Shown here: positions 13,676-27,390 of the stretch, piece by piece
How positions within the stretch are numbered: the first letter of the stretch is position 1
Layout: every line of letters begins with the position of its first letter
NCBI RefSeq assembly: GCF_009914755.1
Contig: NC_060934.1
Strand: one strand, 5' to 3'
DNA: 64,000 nt
From: the human T2T-CHM13v2.0 reference genome, Homo sapiens
Position numbers and translations under genes: made by a program
Notes under the pieces: generated by a model
Seen by the model: only the letters and a program-made list of their open reading frames with translations
Databases searched by the model: none
What the model was told of the DNA's origin: nothing

Positions 13676-16021
13676 AACTAACTTTGTTTTTATTTTACAC
13701 ACTCATAGGCATAAGGGACTAGCCTTGTCTCAGATGAGACTGGACTGTGGGCTTTTGAGTTAGTGCTGGAATGAGTTAAGGCATGGAGATTGTTGGGAAG
13801 GCATGATTGTATTTTGAAATGTGAGAAGGACATAAGATTTGGGAGGGCCTGGGGTGGACTTACTTTGTTTGGATCTGTGTTCCTACCCAAAGCTCATCTT
13901 GAAAACTACTTCCTAATGTTATAGGTGGGGTCTTGTGGAAGGTTATTGGATCATAGGGTAGATTTCCTCGTTGCTCCCATTCTTGTGATAGTGAGTGAGT
14001 TCTCATGAGATCTGGCCTTTTAAAAGTGTGTAGCACCTCCCCCATCTCTCTTTCTCCTGTTTTGGCTTTGTAAAGTTTCAGCTTCCCCTTTGTCTTCTGC
14101 CATGATTGAAGCTGAGCAGATGTTGTCATGCTTCTTGTACAGCCTGTGGAACCATCAACCAATTAAACCTCTTTTCTTTATAAATTACCTAGTCTCAGGT
14201 ATTTCTTTAGAGCAATATGATAATGGACTAATATAATGCTATTCTCTTACTGTTTTTAGAATTCTGTTTTTCTCTTTGACTTTTGATATTTTAAATATAA
14301 TATTCCTCAGAGAAGACCTTTTGAGTTCAATTTACTTGGGAATTTTTTACCATCTTGTATGTGGATGTCTTTATCTTTTCCAAGACTTGAAAAGTATTCT
14401 GTTATTATTGTATTAAATAAGAATTTTTTATGCAGCTTTCCATTTCTTCCCTTCCTGGAACTCACTTAATGCAAATATTGGAACTTATTTGCATAATGGT
14501 ATTTCATATGTCACATTGGCCTTTTTACAATTTTTTTTTTCCTTTTCCTTTTTCTTTTTTCAGACTGGTTTATTTCAAAATACCTTTCTTCAAGTTAGTA
14601 AATTCTTTCTTCTCCTTGATCTACACTGTTGTCAAAGCTATCTTTTGTATTTTTTATTTTGTTCATTAAATTCTTCGTTTTCAAGATTTGGATTTTTATA
14701 ATGATATCTATTACTTTGTAGAATTATTTATTTAGATCACCAGTTTTTCCCTGATTTCTATTTATTGGGTAATTGTTTGTTCTTTTATCTCACTGAGTTT
14801 TCTTAAGATCATTATTTTGGTTTTCATGCATTTAAAACATTTTCTTCTGTGGTCTCCTCCTGGAGTATTATTATGTTCCTTGGGTGATGCAATGTTTCTT
14901 TGCTCTTTAGGGTTTTTTGTGTTCATACCTGGATGTCTGTGCATCTGGTGTAACTGTTGTTTCTTCCAGTGTTACGAAATAGCTTTCATAGGATGTATTT
15001 TTCCTTTAGATGTATTTATAGTGTCAGTTGAATAGGATACTTTGGCTTTGGTTCTGTGACTGTACAGTAAGGTAGTCTTCATATGATTTCTTTGGCTGTA
15101 ATCAACATCACTTATGTCTGTGTGTTCCTCACGGTTTAGGTTGTGGTTGTTTGTGTAGGATGTGGAGTGGATTTGCTGGGGACAGGGACATCAGGCAGGC
15201 CAATCCTTGGGTCTCTGGGGTCATGTGTAAGTGCATGGTTGCCCCTCTACTGAAGGGAGTGGGTTTGCTGGTAGCAGCAGTGGTGAGTCCCATGTGTGGT
15301 GAGCCATTCCATGGGGCCATAGAGGGCACATGTGAACACTGGAAGGTCCACTGTGAGCCCTGTGCAGGCTGGCCCCACAGCCCCTAGTGCCAGAGGTGCA
15401 TAGCAGTTCCACCAGTGAAGTGGACTGTGTGCCCTGAGCAAACTGATTCTCAGGCCCCTGGCGAGTACACATGAGCTTTGATTGTGTCAGGGGTGGGTGC
15501 TGGGTGGGCCAGTCTTCAGGCCCCTAGGCCACACTTGCAAGCATCCGTAGTGCTATTGACAGACTCCAGGCAGTCTGATCCTGAGGCCCCTGGGTGGCTT
15601 GCATGGATGCTGTGATACTTTTGTAATATGAATTTAAAAGTATAGAATTTTAAACTTCATGTTTAACCATTTATTTTTCAGTATCTTATCTCATTTGGAT
15701 ATGACCCAGACTTTTTATGAATATCCATTGCCTAATTTAATATAACTTTAATATTTTAAATTACATAAAAATTTCATTTATAAAGTTTCTCTGATTTGTA
15801 TTTACCTAACGTATTTATTTTTAACAACACCTGGATTACTTATAAAAACTGGGATATTAGACAAGGATAGTCATCATTTCTAATTATCTTCTTGTTACAG
15901 CCTGTCAAGATCAGGTGTTTATCACCCAAGTATGAATCTTAAGGTTAAATGTATTGGTATTTTGCTGATAATTAAGAAGATAGAGGTGTTTACATTAAGC
16001 CAGCAATATTTAATTAGTCGT

Positions 16022-16428
16022 TTTGTTAATCCATTTCACGTTATAAAGGAATACCTAAGGCTGGATAACTTATAAATAAAAGAGGTTTATTTTGCTCACA
16101 GTTCTGCAGTCTGTAGACGTGTGACACTAGCATCTGCTTCTGGTAAAGCCTCAGGAGGCTTACAATCATGGCAGAAGAGGAAGGGAAATCATGGCAGAAG
16201 AGAAAGGGGAAGCATGCCTGTCACATAGGTAAGATGTGGGTGGGAGAGGTCTCAGACTCTTTTCAAGAAACAGATCTCATGGTAACTCATTACCTCAGGA
16301 ATGACACCAAGCCGTTCATGAAGGTTCCATCCTCATGACCCAAGCACCTCTCACCAGGCCCCACCCTCAACACTGGAAAATCACATTTCACCATGAGAAT
16401 TGGAGGGACAGATATCCAAATTATATCA
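16022..16428 (-). mobile_element. MST (MSTB-like) solo LTR inside the ERV internal region
   Basis: gctcacagttctgcag...cttacaatcatggcagaag...atccaaattatatca; TSD gtcgt/gtctt. Confidence 0.85.
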
Positions 16429-17269
16429 GTCTTACTTATCAAGGAGTTACATAAAGGATGATCGTTTTGCTTTTAAGCTGCTTATATAATTTTATGCCCT
16501 TAAACCATTTTAGAGACAAATATAAAACTGTCTGGCCATTAAACCCAGGCTAAAAAATATATGCTAACAATTCTAAAGATTATTTTTATTTTACCAGCAA
16601 ATTTAAAGCCACCTTATTTATTAAAGATTTACTCAAAGCATGTGAACTAAAAGGCATTTGGATAAATTAGTAAATATTTTAACAGTCTTAAGTATTAAAT
16701 TATATGAGTTCTCATTTATTAAAACCAATCTTAATAGAATTTATTAAGGTATTTCTGACCAATTATGCTAGATTTTACCCTGTAGACACAACATACTACG
16801 TGTGTAAACACACATGAACACATATGTACACACAAAGATATAGCTTTCATTTTAGAATTTTAGACATGAGACATTAATATGTTCTGATCTGTAATCTTAT
16901 CATGGCTGTAAACCAAATTTTGGGTAAAGCAGTTTTCATAGAAATTTTTTTCTAAAAAATGCATATTTTACTCCATTTCCCCTTTTTTTTCATTTTCAGT
17001 TGAGTTAGGGGTTAATTCCTTGTCGCCTTGTATCATTGGAATGCCATTAGAAAAACAATCTATGAGTGAGATTTTCCTTGTTTTTATTTAAATTTGTAAC
17101 TACAAAGACTGTTGAAGCATTCAGTTTTTATTTTAATACAAGCAAAAGAAAAATCAGCAGATTCAGAGTAGGCAGAAGAAAAACAATACATAGAGAACTT
17201 GAAAGCCTGTACATGTAAATCTTATAGATGCAGTTTCCTTATAGAGTTCAAATAATGGCCATTGAGCTC

Positions 17270-17272
<3 letters not shown>

Positions 17273-17344
<72 letters not shown>
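17273..17344. repeat. Compound microsatellite (AT)17(AG)19
   Basis: Directly visible; occupies the tail position of the adjacent AluJ. Confidence 0.97.
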
Positions 17345-17346
<2 letters not shown>

Positions 17347-17347
17347 T

Positions 17348-17629
17348 GAGTGAGTCAGCATCTTACTTGTCACCCAGGCTGGAGTGAAGTAGCATAATCA
17401 TGGCTCACTGCAGCCTTGACCTCCTGGGCTCAGGGAATCCTCCTTCAGCATGCTGAGTAACTGGGGCTACAGGCCCATACCACCATGCCTGGCTAATTTT
17501 TGAATTTTTTGTAGAGACGGGGTTTTGTCATATTGCCCAGGCTGGTCTTGAACTCCTGGGCTCAAGCAATCCACCCACCTCAGCTTCCCATAGTGCTGGG
17601 GCTAAATGTGTGAGCCACTGCTCCTGGCC
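17348..17629 (-). mobile_element. AluJ
   Basis: J-type features (cactgcagccttgacctcctgggctca; ctcctgggctcaagcaatcc); TSD agctctga. Confidence 0.92.
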
Positions 17630-18112
17630 AAGCTCTGATTTTTTTGTGTAATTTCCTCATCAGTTTAAAAATGTGTACAAGAATGTGCTATAATATAGCC
17701 CTCCTAGAATCCCTGAAAGAAGGTTGTTCTGGAATGCCATTAGAACTTGAAGATCCCATTCCATTTCTTATTAATCTTTCAGAGCAAAGAAAATCATTTT
17801 CCCTGCTGTATGAAATTTAAAGTGTATACTTACCAGAAATTCAAAATGTCTCTAATAGAAAGGACTTGTGTTAAAAATGCAAAAAGTCTTTTGTCTTCAT
17901 AAGAGAAATGCGGGTTCCTTATGAAGGTGGATTTATCTAAGTCAGATCTCAAATAAAGTCAGCAGGAAACATCTGCCAAAAATAGGGCATCTTGGCCTGA
18001 GAGGAGACTCACCAGACACTAAAGGTGAGGTGTGGAAGGGGAGAGCAGAGGGCTCAGGTGACTGCTGCACACTGTTCTTAAGAATTACTGCTTTTTTCCA
18101 AAGGTAATCTTG

Positions 18113-18129
18113 CTCCACTTCTGACTCTA
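18113..18129 (-). promoter_or_regulatory. Degenerate retroviral primer-binding site (tRNA-Leu type)
   Basis: Minus strand reads tagaGTCAGAAGTGGag just inside the 5' LTR; the expected Leu PBS is TGGTGTCAGAAGTGGGA. Confidence 0.6.
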
Positions 18130-18133
18130 GATA

Positions 18134-18602
18134 TGTCAACCTAAATAAAAGACGAAGAGAGAGTCTCCGAAGACACTGAGTTTATTCAGGAGTGTGCAAG
18201 GGATTTGCACTTCCAGGATATGCAGCCTATAGGATTCATAGACCTATCCAAAGAGATTGAGGAACGGGCAAACTTTTAAAGACAAAAGGAAAAAGAACAT
18301 GTAATTTGTTTTGAAACAAAGAGAATATTGGTGACAAGGGCTTATCTCAGGAGTCCATACCAGTTCATTATGGAGACAGTGTTAGTCAAGTGTTCTTATG
18401 CATCCAGCTAGCTATCCTGTAACTCATGTAGCAAGCTCAAGTTTGAAAAGTCATTGGCAAAAGTTTTTGTTACAGACATTTGTAATTGTTCTGATCATAA
18501 GCATGAGTGTGTGAGGGTCCTCGCTTCTTAACCTCCCATCTTTATCTATGTTTTGTTGGGGTTTGATGCAAGCAATCCATTTTGAGTTTGATAACTTTTA
18601 CA
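18134..18602 (-). mobile_element. 5' LTR of ERV1 provirus
   Basis: tgtcaacctaaataa...gataacttttaca; collinear with 8396-8905. Confidence 0.85.
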
Positions 18603-19830
<1,228 letters not shown>

Positions 19831-19904
19831 ATTTTCTTGATTCTTGTAAAATAAAAATATAGATATTTAGTAAAATAATGTGTTTACAAATTTACTACAT
19901 TTCA

Positions 19905-20210
19905 ACGGGGCCAAGCAGTCTATTAGTCACAGTAGGTACAGGGCCTAGGGCTCAGGATATTTTTAGGGACGCATGAAAGGATTTAATTTTACTTTTTAAA
20001 TTGTAAAAAAAATGAATATAGTCATAATGAATATCTAATAATGAATCCAGGCAGGATTAAATTTGTTTCTATACCCACATAGTCATAAAATATTATTTTT
20101 CTATATCTATTGCTGAATTTATGTATTTATTTTTTAATATATGTTTAGGGAAGAAGGAGCTAACAAAGGCAAAAGTGCTTTGGACCCACTAAAGTCATGA
20201 TACAGCCCTG
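19905..20210. mobile_element. MER96B-like hAT-Tip100 element
   Basis: gggcctagggc...ttttagggac motifs; terminal cagccctg. Confidence 0.55.
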
Positions 20211-20559
20211 AATTCAATAGCATACAATAATAAATTTTAAAATACTTCAAGTTATATTAAGTACAATATATATAATATGATTTTATAATAATTATGCCTC
20301 CTAAAATACTTTGCAACTACATGTTTAAATTATGTTTTCTAAAGATAGAAAAATATTAAACAGTATTTTATTAAAGTCCTCTTAAGAATCAGTTTTTAAT
20401 TTTTATTGCAAAATAGTCAGCAATAAACATATATGTTATATAGTTGTAAATATAAGACTTGATATTAACATTATTGGAATGACATAATTGTTTTGGAAAA
20501 ACTAAGCAATATCATCTTCGATTATAAAATTTAACAATGAGATATAAAAGCAATGTGAG

Positions 20560-20769
20560 AGTGGTATGCAGAAGCTGCCTGGAGCCAATTTGTAGGAGCC
20601 TATTGTGTGCAACTCTTCCCAACTCTGCGTTCAGTGTCATCACCTTGGTATTTTGAAGTAGGCCATGATGAGAGTGTTTGCAACACAGAAATCTGCAAAC
20701 CCTGCAAATGAGGACCCCTCCCCCACTGTTTGGACAGCTGACTGTTAAACATTTACTACCACACTACTG
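20560..20769. mobile_element. MER63A-like hAT-Blackjack element
   Basis: agtggtatgc...ctcttcccaactctgcgttcagtg...ctgttaaacatttactaccacactactg. Confidence 0.75.
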
Positions 20770-21712
20770 TATGGAGTATACGATACATAAAAGTAGTGTC
20801 TATAATGCTCCTATATAAAATAATTAGGGGGTGATAAGGAGATTATCTTTGAATAACTTCTACTCGTCTTTACAGGATATATTTCATTTTCTTTAAGTTT
20901 CTAAGTTGGATCTGCAATATCTTTAGAATTTGTAACCAGAACTACTTTTTAATTCCCCTTAGAAGATTTCAAATGTTTTCAGGCAATATTAGTTTACTAT
21001 CATAATACTAAATTAAAACCAAAGCAGGTATGGCCTTTAAAATTCAAGGGGATACTTTGTGGAAGGGAGGTTGCGAAACAAGCAGTGTAGACTGGCAGAA
21101 ACAAAAATTATATACCTTCCCTAAAAGCCAAATAAGATATTGGGTTTTATAACAGTGTCTTATTTGATACTTTACAGTGTTAGTGGATGCTGCCTTTAAT
21201 AAGGAAAATATAAATATATTTGGAACAGTACATTTTGTTTTTCAATACAAGGTCTTTTGGTAGCTGCAAACACTGATGATTAGCATTTTGTTCGAAATTG
21301 TATGGATGAAACTGAAAATGGAAGAGTTGTCACTGTAAATTTTTTGAGCTGATAGAAATTTCTGATGGAATTTTTTACTTTGGAAATTTTCAAAAATACT
21401 AAGAAGCAAATAATAATTTGTATTTCCACACTCATAATTTAATGCTATTAATTTCTTGGCATAGTTGCTTGTAGTTTTATACCTTTTTTGTTAAGAAAAA
21501 TCACTATTGTTGCTGAAAAATATTACACATGTGTATTGAAAATATTCAAACAAAAAAGTTTAGAAAAGAAAGAAAAAATAGACCATGAATATTCTATCTG
21601 GAAAGTTTTATCCATAACATTCTGGAAACACCTTTGCAGGTGTTTTATCTGTACATAAATACAGAAAAATGAGGGTTCAAAGAAAGGAAACTTCACACAT
21701 TCAGTCCCTGAG

Positions 21713-21790
21713 TTCCTAGAACTCCATTCATGCAATTTAATCAAGAACCTATTCCCAGAACTCCATTCATGCAATTTAATCAAGAACCTA
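21713..21790. repeat. 39-bp tandem duplication (2 copies, 1 mismatch)
   Basis: ttcc(t/c)agaactccattcatgcaatttaatcaagaaccta x2. Confidence 0.97.
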
Positions 21791-23399
21791 GAATTGGATG
21801 CCAAGGCGCATAGGAATGACCCTATATGCTTATATTTCCAACCTCAATGAACAAACTCTTCTTTCTCTAGATGACATTTCCAATCCTCCAAATCTAAGCC
21901 CCTCAAGCAGCCCCAACTTGTTCGTTCCTCTGTCAGTATAAAGATTATCCTTGAATGCATACCCTTACTTAAACAATCCTCACACTTTCCCCCTCATCTC
22001 CTGAATTTTCTCCAGCCTGCCTTGCAGAGTAAATATTTTACTAATAATAATTTGTACTACATGGTATATCTCCATGCCCCCTGAAACTGGTATTGACCTG
22101 AATCAAAATACTCCAAAATATTAAACCCTTCTCAGCTAGTTTGGTTACTTATCATTCATCATTTTTATAACACACACACTCATATACATACACTTACTTT
22201 GTTAAAAATAAAGAGAACTTAAAAACAATGGCATACATAATCTGTAAGTTGTCAGATAAAGCATTTGTTTTCTTTTCCTATGTCAGTTGTTGTTTCTGGA
22301 AGGTGGAAGAGGGAATTAGGAATAATTATACTTTATTATATATGTTGCTCAGTGGCCAAATCAGCATAGGTTCATTTTAAACATCAGCTGTTCTGGTAAT
22401 CATCATACTTAGAGGTAATAGTAATTTGGCTCAAATACTTTATTTTTGGGCATATTGCTTAAGCATCTGTCCATGAATTAGCTTTTGTAATGTTTCAATA
22501 TGTTCTGGTTCATGTTGGGTATATTTGATTCTGTTACAGTAAGTTAATACCATAGATTTTCAAAGTAGTCCTTGGATAATGTTTAATATGTTTCCTTAGA
22601 CAGGCAGCAATTTAAATCATTTTTTGTGACTCTTAATCTACTTTTCATCTTATTCAAATTTGATACTAGCAATGAACTTGCAAATCGCTTTCTCAGATTT
22701 CACAGACTACATTAGGTTAGATTTGAAAGAAAAATAGGTGAATTGTCACAGTAAAGAAAATATTTATTACTTATTCATATAGATATAAAATTTATTTTTC
22801 AAACTCAAGTTATTGTATTATTGTTGATTTACATATGAATTCCAGAGTAGCGTCTGCATATGAGCCATTTCCTAATGCAGAAATCATCAATAGAGAGGTT
22901 ATACTGTTGATTAGCCTCTTGAATATCCTCAGCACATATGTATTTCTATCTCCTAATATTTAACATGGTTTTTGCCTCCATATAACCTCCATATTTTATG
23001 ATTTGATGATAGAAATATAATTAGGCACATAAATGAGGTAATTTTTACAAAATATTTTTTAGTGAGATAAAATTTGCAAAACTTGAAAATCAACCATTTT
23101 AAACAGCCCGGTGTCACTTTGTGTATTCACAAAGATGGGCACCCACCGCTTCCATCTAGTTTCAAAACATTACAGCACCACAAAATAAAACCCTTTACCC
23201 ACTAAGCAGTTGCTCCCCATTCTCCTCTCCCCTGCCAGATCCCTGGCAGTCACCAACCTGAAGTGGGTCTTTGTATTTACCTATTCTGAGTATTTCACAT
23301 AAATAGAATTACACAGTATGTGACCTTTTGTGTTTGGCTTCTTTCACTTATCTTTACGTTTTTGAAGTTTATTCAGATTATGTCATGTATTAGTATTTC

Positions 23400-23690
23400 T
23401 TTTTTTTTGAGACATAGTCTCACTTTGTTGCTAAGACTGGAGTGCAGTGGTAAGACCTCAGCTCATTGCAACCTCTGCCTCCTGGGTTCTAGCTATTCTT
23501 TTGCCTCAGCCTCCCGAGTAACTGAGATTACAGGCACACACAACCGCGCCTGGCTAATTTTTTGTATTTTTAATAGAGACAGGGTTTCACCAAGTTGGCC
23601 AGGCTGGTCTTGAACTGCTGACCTCAAGTGATGCGCTCCCCTGAGCCTCCCAAAGTGTTGGGATTCAGGCATGAGCTACTGCACCCCACC
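23400..23690 (-). mobile_element. AluS (Sx/Sz-like)
   Basis: Complete antisense Alu. Confidence 0.92.
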
Positions 23691-23932
23691 TCATTGTATT
23701 TTCATACCACAATTTATTTGTCACTTCATCCCTTGATTGATATTTGGGCTGTTTCTACCTTTTGGCAATTGTGAATAGTGCTGCTAAGAACACGAGTGTA
23801 TTTGTTTGATAACCTGTTTTTACTTCTTTTGGGTATACTCCTAGGAGTGGAATTGCCAGTTAATATGGTTGTTCTATTTTTAACTTTTTGAGGAACCACC
23901 AAAATGTTTTCCACAGTTTGAAATGAACCATG

Positions 23933-24213
<281 letters not shown>

Positions 24214-24816
24214 TTATAGTATTTCCACCAGCGATGTATGCGAGTTTCAGTTTCTTCACATTTTTGCCATCACTTATTTTTGATTTTTAAAATTATACAG
24301 CTATTCTCATGGGTGTGAGGGCGTATCTCATTTTGGTTATCCCTAATAACTAATAATGTTGAACATCTTTTCATATGCTTCTTGGCCATTTGTATATCTT
24401 TTTTGGAGAAACGTCTATTCAAGTTCTTTGCCCATTTCTTAGTTGGACTGATGATTTGTTGTTGTTGCATTGTAAGGGTTTTTTATATAACCTAGATGCT
24501 AGATCCCTATCAGATAAATGATTTGCAAGTATTTTCTCCCGTTCTATAGATTGTCTTTTCATTTTCTTTAAAATATTATTTAATGCACAAAAGTTTTAAA
24601 TTTTGATGAAGTTCAATTTATACTTTTTTTCTTTTGTTGCTTGCACTTTTGGTGTCATGTCTAAGAATTCATTGCCAAATCCAACATCATAAAGATTTAT
24701 CTCTTTGTTTTCTTCTAACAGATTTGCTTTAGCTCTTATAATTAGGTATTTGATCAACTTTGAGGTAATTTTTCTATGTGGTGTGAGTCCAACTTCATTC
24801 TATTTTTGCAATAGTA

Positions 24817-24894
24817 TTTGGTTGGTGCAAAAGTAATTGCGGTTTTGGTATTACTTTTATGGCAAAAACTGCAATTATTTTTGCACCAATCTAA
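24817..24894. mobile_element. MADE1 (Hsmar1-derived MITE)
   Basis: ~80-bp palindrome ttggttggtgcaaaagtaattgc...gcaattatttttgcaccaatctaa, TA-flanked. Confidence 0.95.
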
Positions 24895-25199
24895 TATATC
24901 CAGTTGTCCCAGTCCAATTTTTTTGAAGAGTCTATTCTTTCCTAATTGAATAGTCTTGGCCTTCATGTCTAAAATCAATTGGCTATAGATGTATGAGTTT
25001 ATCTCTCATTTTTATTCCATTACTCTCATTTTTATTCCATTTCTATTTAATACCATTTTATTTTTATATCATTTTCATTCCATTACTCTATATGTTTTTC
25101 TTTACAAATATTTCAAAGCTAAATAACTTAGGAATTGGGCATTATCCACAATGTTTTTAAATGATTAATCTGGAATTTTAAATTAAGATATAATTATGT

Positions 25200-25400
25200 A
25201 GATAATATGTTGTAGGCACTGTGCTATGTAGAGCAAACATAGACTTGAATATGATACTGTCTTTACTCTCAAGGAAGAGCTTAATGTTTAGTGCGGGTCC
25301 AACTTTAGTAAACCAACAATTTAAGTTCAGTCTGATAAATGCTCAGATTGAGTACGGGATGTTATAGGAGTGTAGGGGATGTAACAGGTGTACTCACCAA
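25200..25400 (+). mobile_element. L2 fragment
   Basis: aggcactgtgcta...ctctcaaggaagagctta-type L2 3' motifs; strand assignment uncertain. Confidence 0.45.
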
Positions 25401-25974
25401 TGTCTATTCTACTCCAAGTAATTAGTCTGAAGTAATCATGAATCCTATTCTCCTTGCCAGACATGATGTTTTCAAGGATAGGTATGCCTAAGTCAATTTA
25501 AGCCATGAGAGTCCCCAGGAGAGGTTACTGAGGAGTTCTGGATATGGTTTTATTGCTCTTAAGAGAAAGTATAGGAAGCTTCTCTCTTCCCAGTGAAAAT
25601 AAATGAGGAAATGTTTTCCAAAGTGGTAATTGTTGCATGAAGCCATATTGGAGACTGCAGAGCAGAGAGTCAAGACTGAACTGTCTTCTGATGGCATCAC
25701 TGAATCATTAGTTGAACCAACTCGGAATTCAGAACCATCTGTAGTCTTCCTTTTCTGTGAGCTCATCATTTCCTTAACTCTTTATTATAGTTTAAACATG
25801 GAATTCTGTTTCCTGAAGATAAAAAGTCCTGTAAGGAACACAGTACTAGAAGTACATCTAAATCGGATTGAGGAATACTTAAATGGCTTCTCGGAGAAGA
25901 TGGTATTTGAGTTGAATGTTGACTTTTGAATTAAATGTTAAAGAACAAGTAGTAGTTAGCTAATAAGAAGCAGC

Positions 25975-26850
25975 ATGATTTTAAAATATTTTCTCTCAAC
26001 TTATAGGTTCCCTTTTCATTTTGTTTCCTGTACTGTGCAAAAGACTTTTAGTCTGATACAATCCCACATGTTTATTTTTGCTTGCATTGCCTGTATATGG
26101 TGTCATATCCAAAATATCTTTACCAAGACCAGTGTCGAGGAGCTGTTTCCCTTTGTTTAATTATCAGAATTTTATGGTTTCAATTCTCATACAACTTAGT
26201 AGAAAAAAAATTTAAAAATGGACAAAAGACTTGAATAGGCATTTTCCCAAAGAAAACATACAGAAGGACAATAGATATATGAAAAGGTGCTCAACATTAC
26301 CAAGCATCAGGGAAATGAAAATTAAAACCACAATGAGATATTATCTTACATCTGATAGGATGCCTGTTATCAAAAAATAAAAAGTACAAGTGTTGGTGAT
26401 GATGTGAAGAAAAGGGAAACTTTAAGCACTGTTAGTGAGAGTGTCAACAGGTACAGCTATTATAGAAAACAATATGGACATTCCTCAAAAAATTAGAAAT
26501 AAAAATACCATATGATCCAACAAATCTACTTCTGGGTATATATTCAAAGAAATTGAAATAAGTCTCTCCAAGAGACATCTGCACTCCCATTACAGCATTA
26601 TTCATAATAGTCAAAATATGCAAACAACCCATTTGTCCATTGATAGATGGATAAAGAAATAAGATTTATGTATATTTAAATATTTAAATATATATTTACA
26701 AATTTAGTATTTATATATGTATATTATATCCATATTGAATAGATATTTAATAGATATCATATATCTATATTTAAGATATATATTTAATAGATATATATTT
26801 AATAGATATGTATTGTACATCTATATTTAATAGATATATAATATATGTAT

Positions 26851-26893
<43 letters not shown>

Positions 26894-27390
26894 TGGAATT
26901 TTTTCAGCCTTAAAAAAGGAGATCCTGTCTTTTGCAACAACCTGGATGAATGTAGAGTACATTACACTAAGTGAAATAAGCCAGACACCAAAGAAAAATA
27001 TTGCAGGATCTTACTTATATGTGGAAAGTAAAAAGGCCTAATCATAGAAGAAAGTAGGACTATGCTTACCAGGGGTGGGGAGGGGGGTGTGTACGGGAAA
27101 TGGGGAGATGTTGGTCAAATGGTACAACGTTTCATATACTAGAATGACTATATTCTAGAGATCTAATGTGCAGCATGGGGAGTATAGTTACTAATATTGT
27201 ATACTCGAAACTTACTAAGGTGAGGCTAGATCCTAAATATTCCCACCACATCAAAAATTAGTAACTATATGAAGGGATAGATTTATTAATTAGCTTGACT
27301 GTAGTTCACTATGTATATGTATATCAAAATATATTGTATACCTTAAACATACATAAATTTTATAAAAATAAATTGACAATAATTAAATAA
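25975..27390 (+). mobile_element. L1MA9/10-like 3' segment with 5' inversion (25975-26182 inverted)
   Basis: Antisense ORF2 piece joined near 26183 to sense ORF2-3'UTR ending in an A-rich tail. Confidence 0.85.
26854..26892. repeat. (CA)~19 microsatellite preceded by a TA-rich low-complexity tract
   Basis: Directly visible. Confidence 0.95.

Noticed and set aside
18113-18129. tRNA-like sequence
   Set aside because: Only a PBS-length match next to an LTR; there is no cloverleaf or A/B boxes, so it is not a tRNA gene.
21523-21804. ORF with internal repeat RFLIKLHEWSS, and a possible CRISPR-like repeat
   Set aside because: It is explained by the 39-bp tandem duplication: two adjacent copies, no spacers, eukaryotic context.
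25488-25929. Overlapping 93-aa and 99-aa ORFs
   Set aside because: No recognisable domain or splice framework; they sit in old L2/MLT-like debris and one has a non-ATG start.
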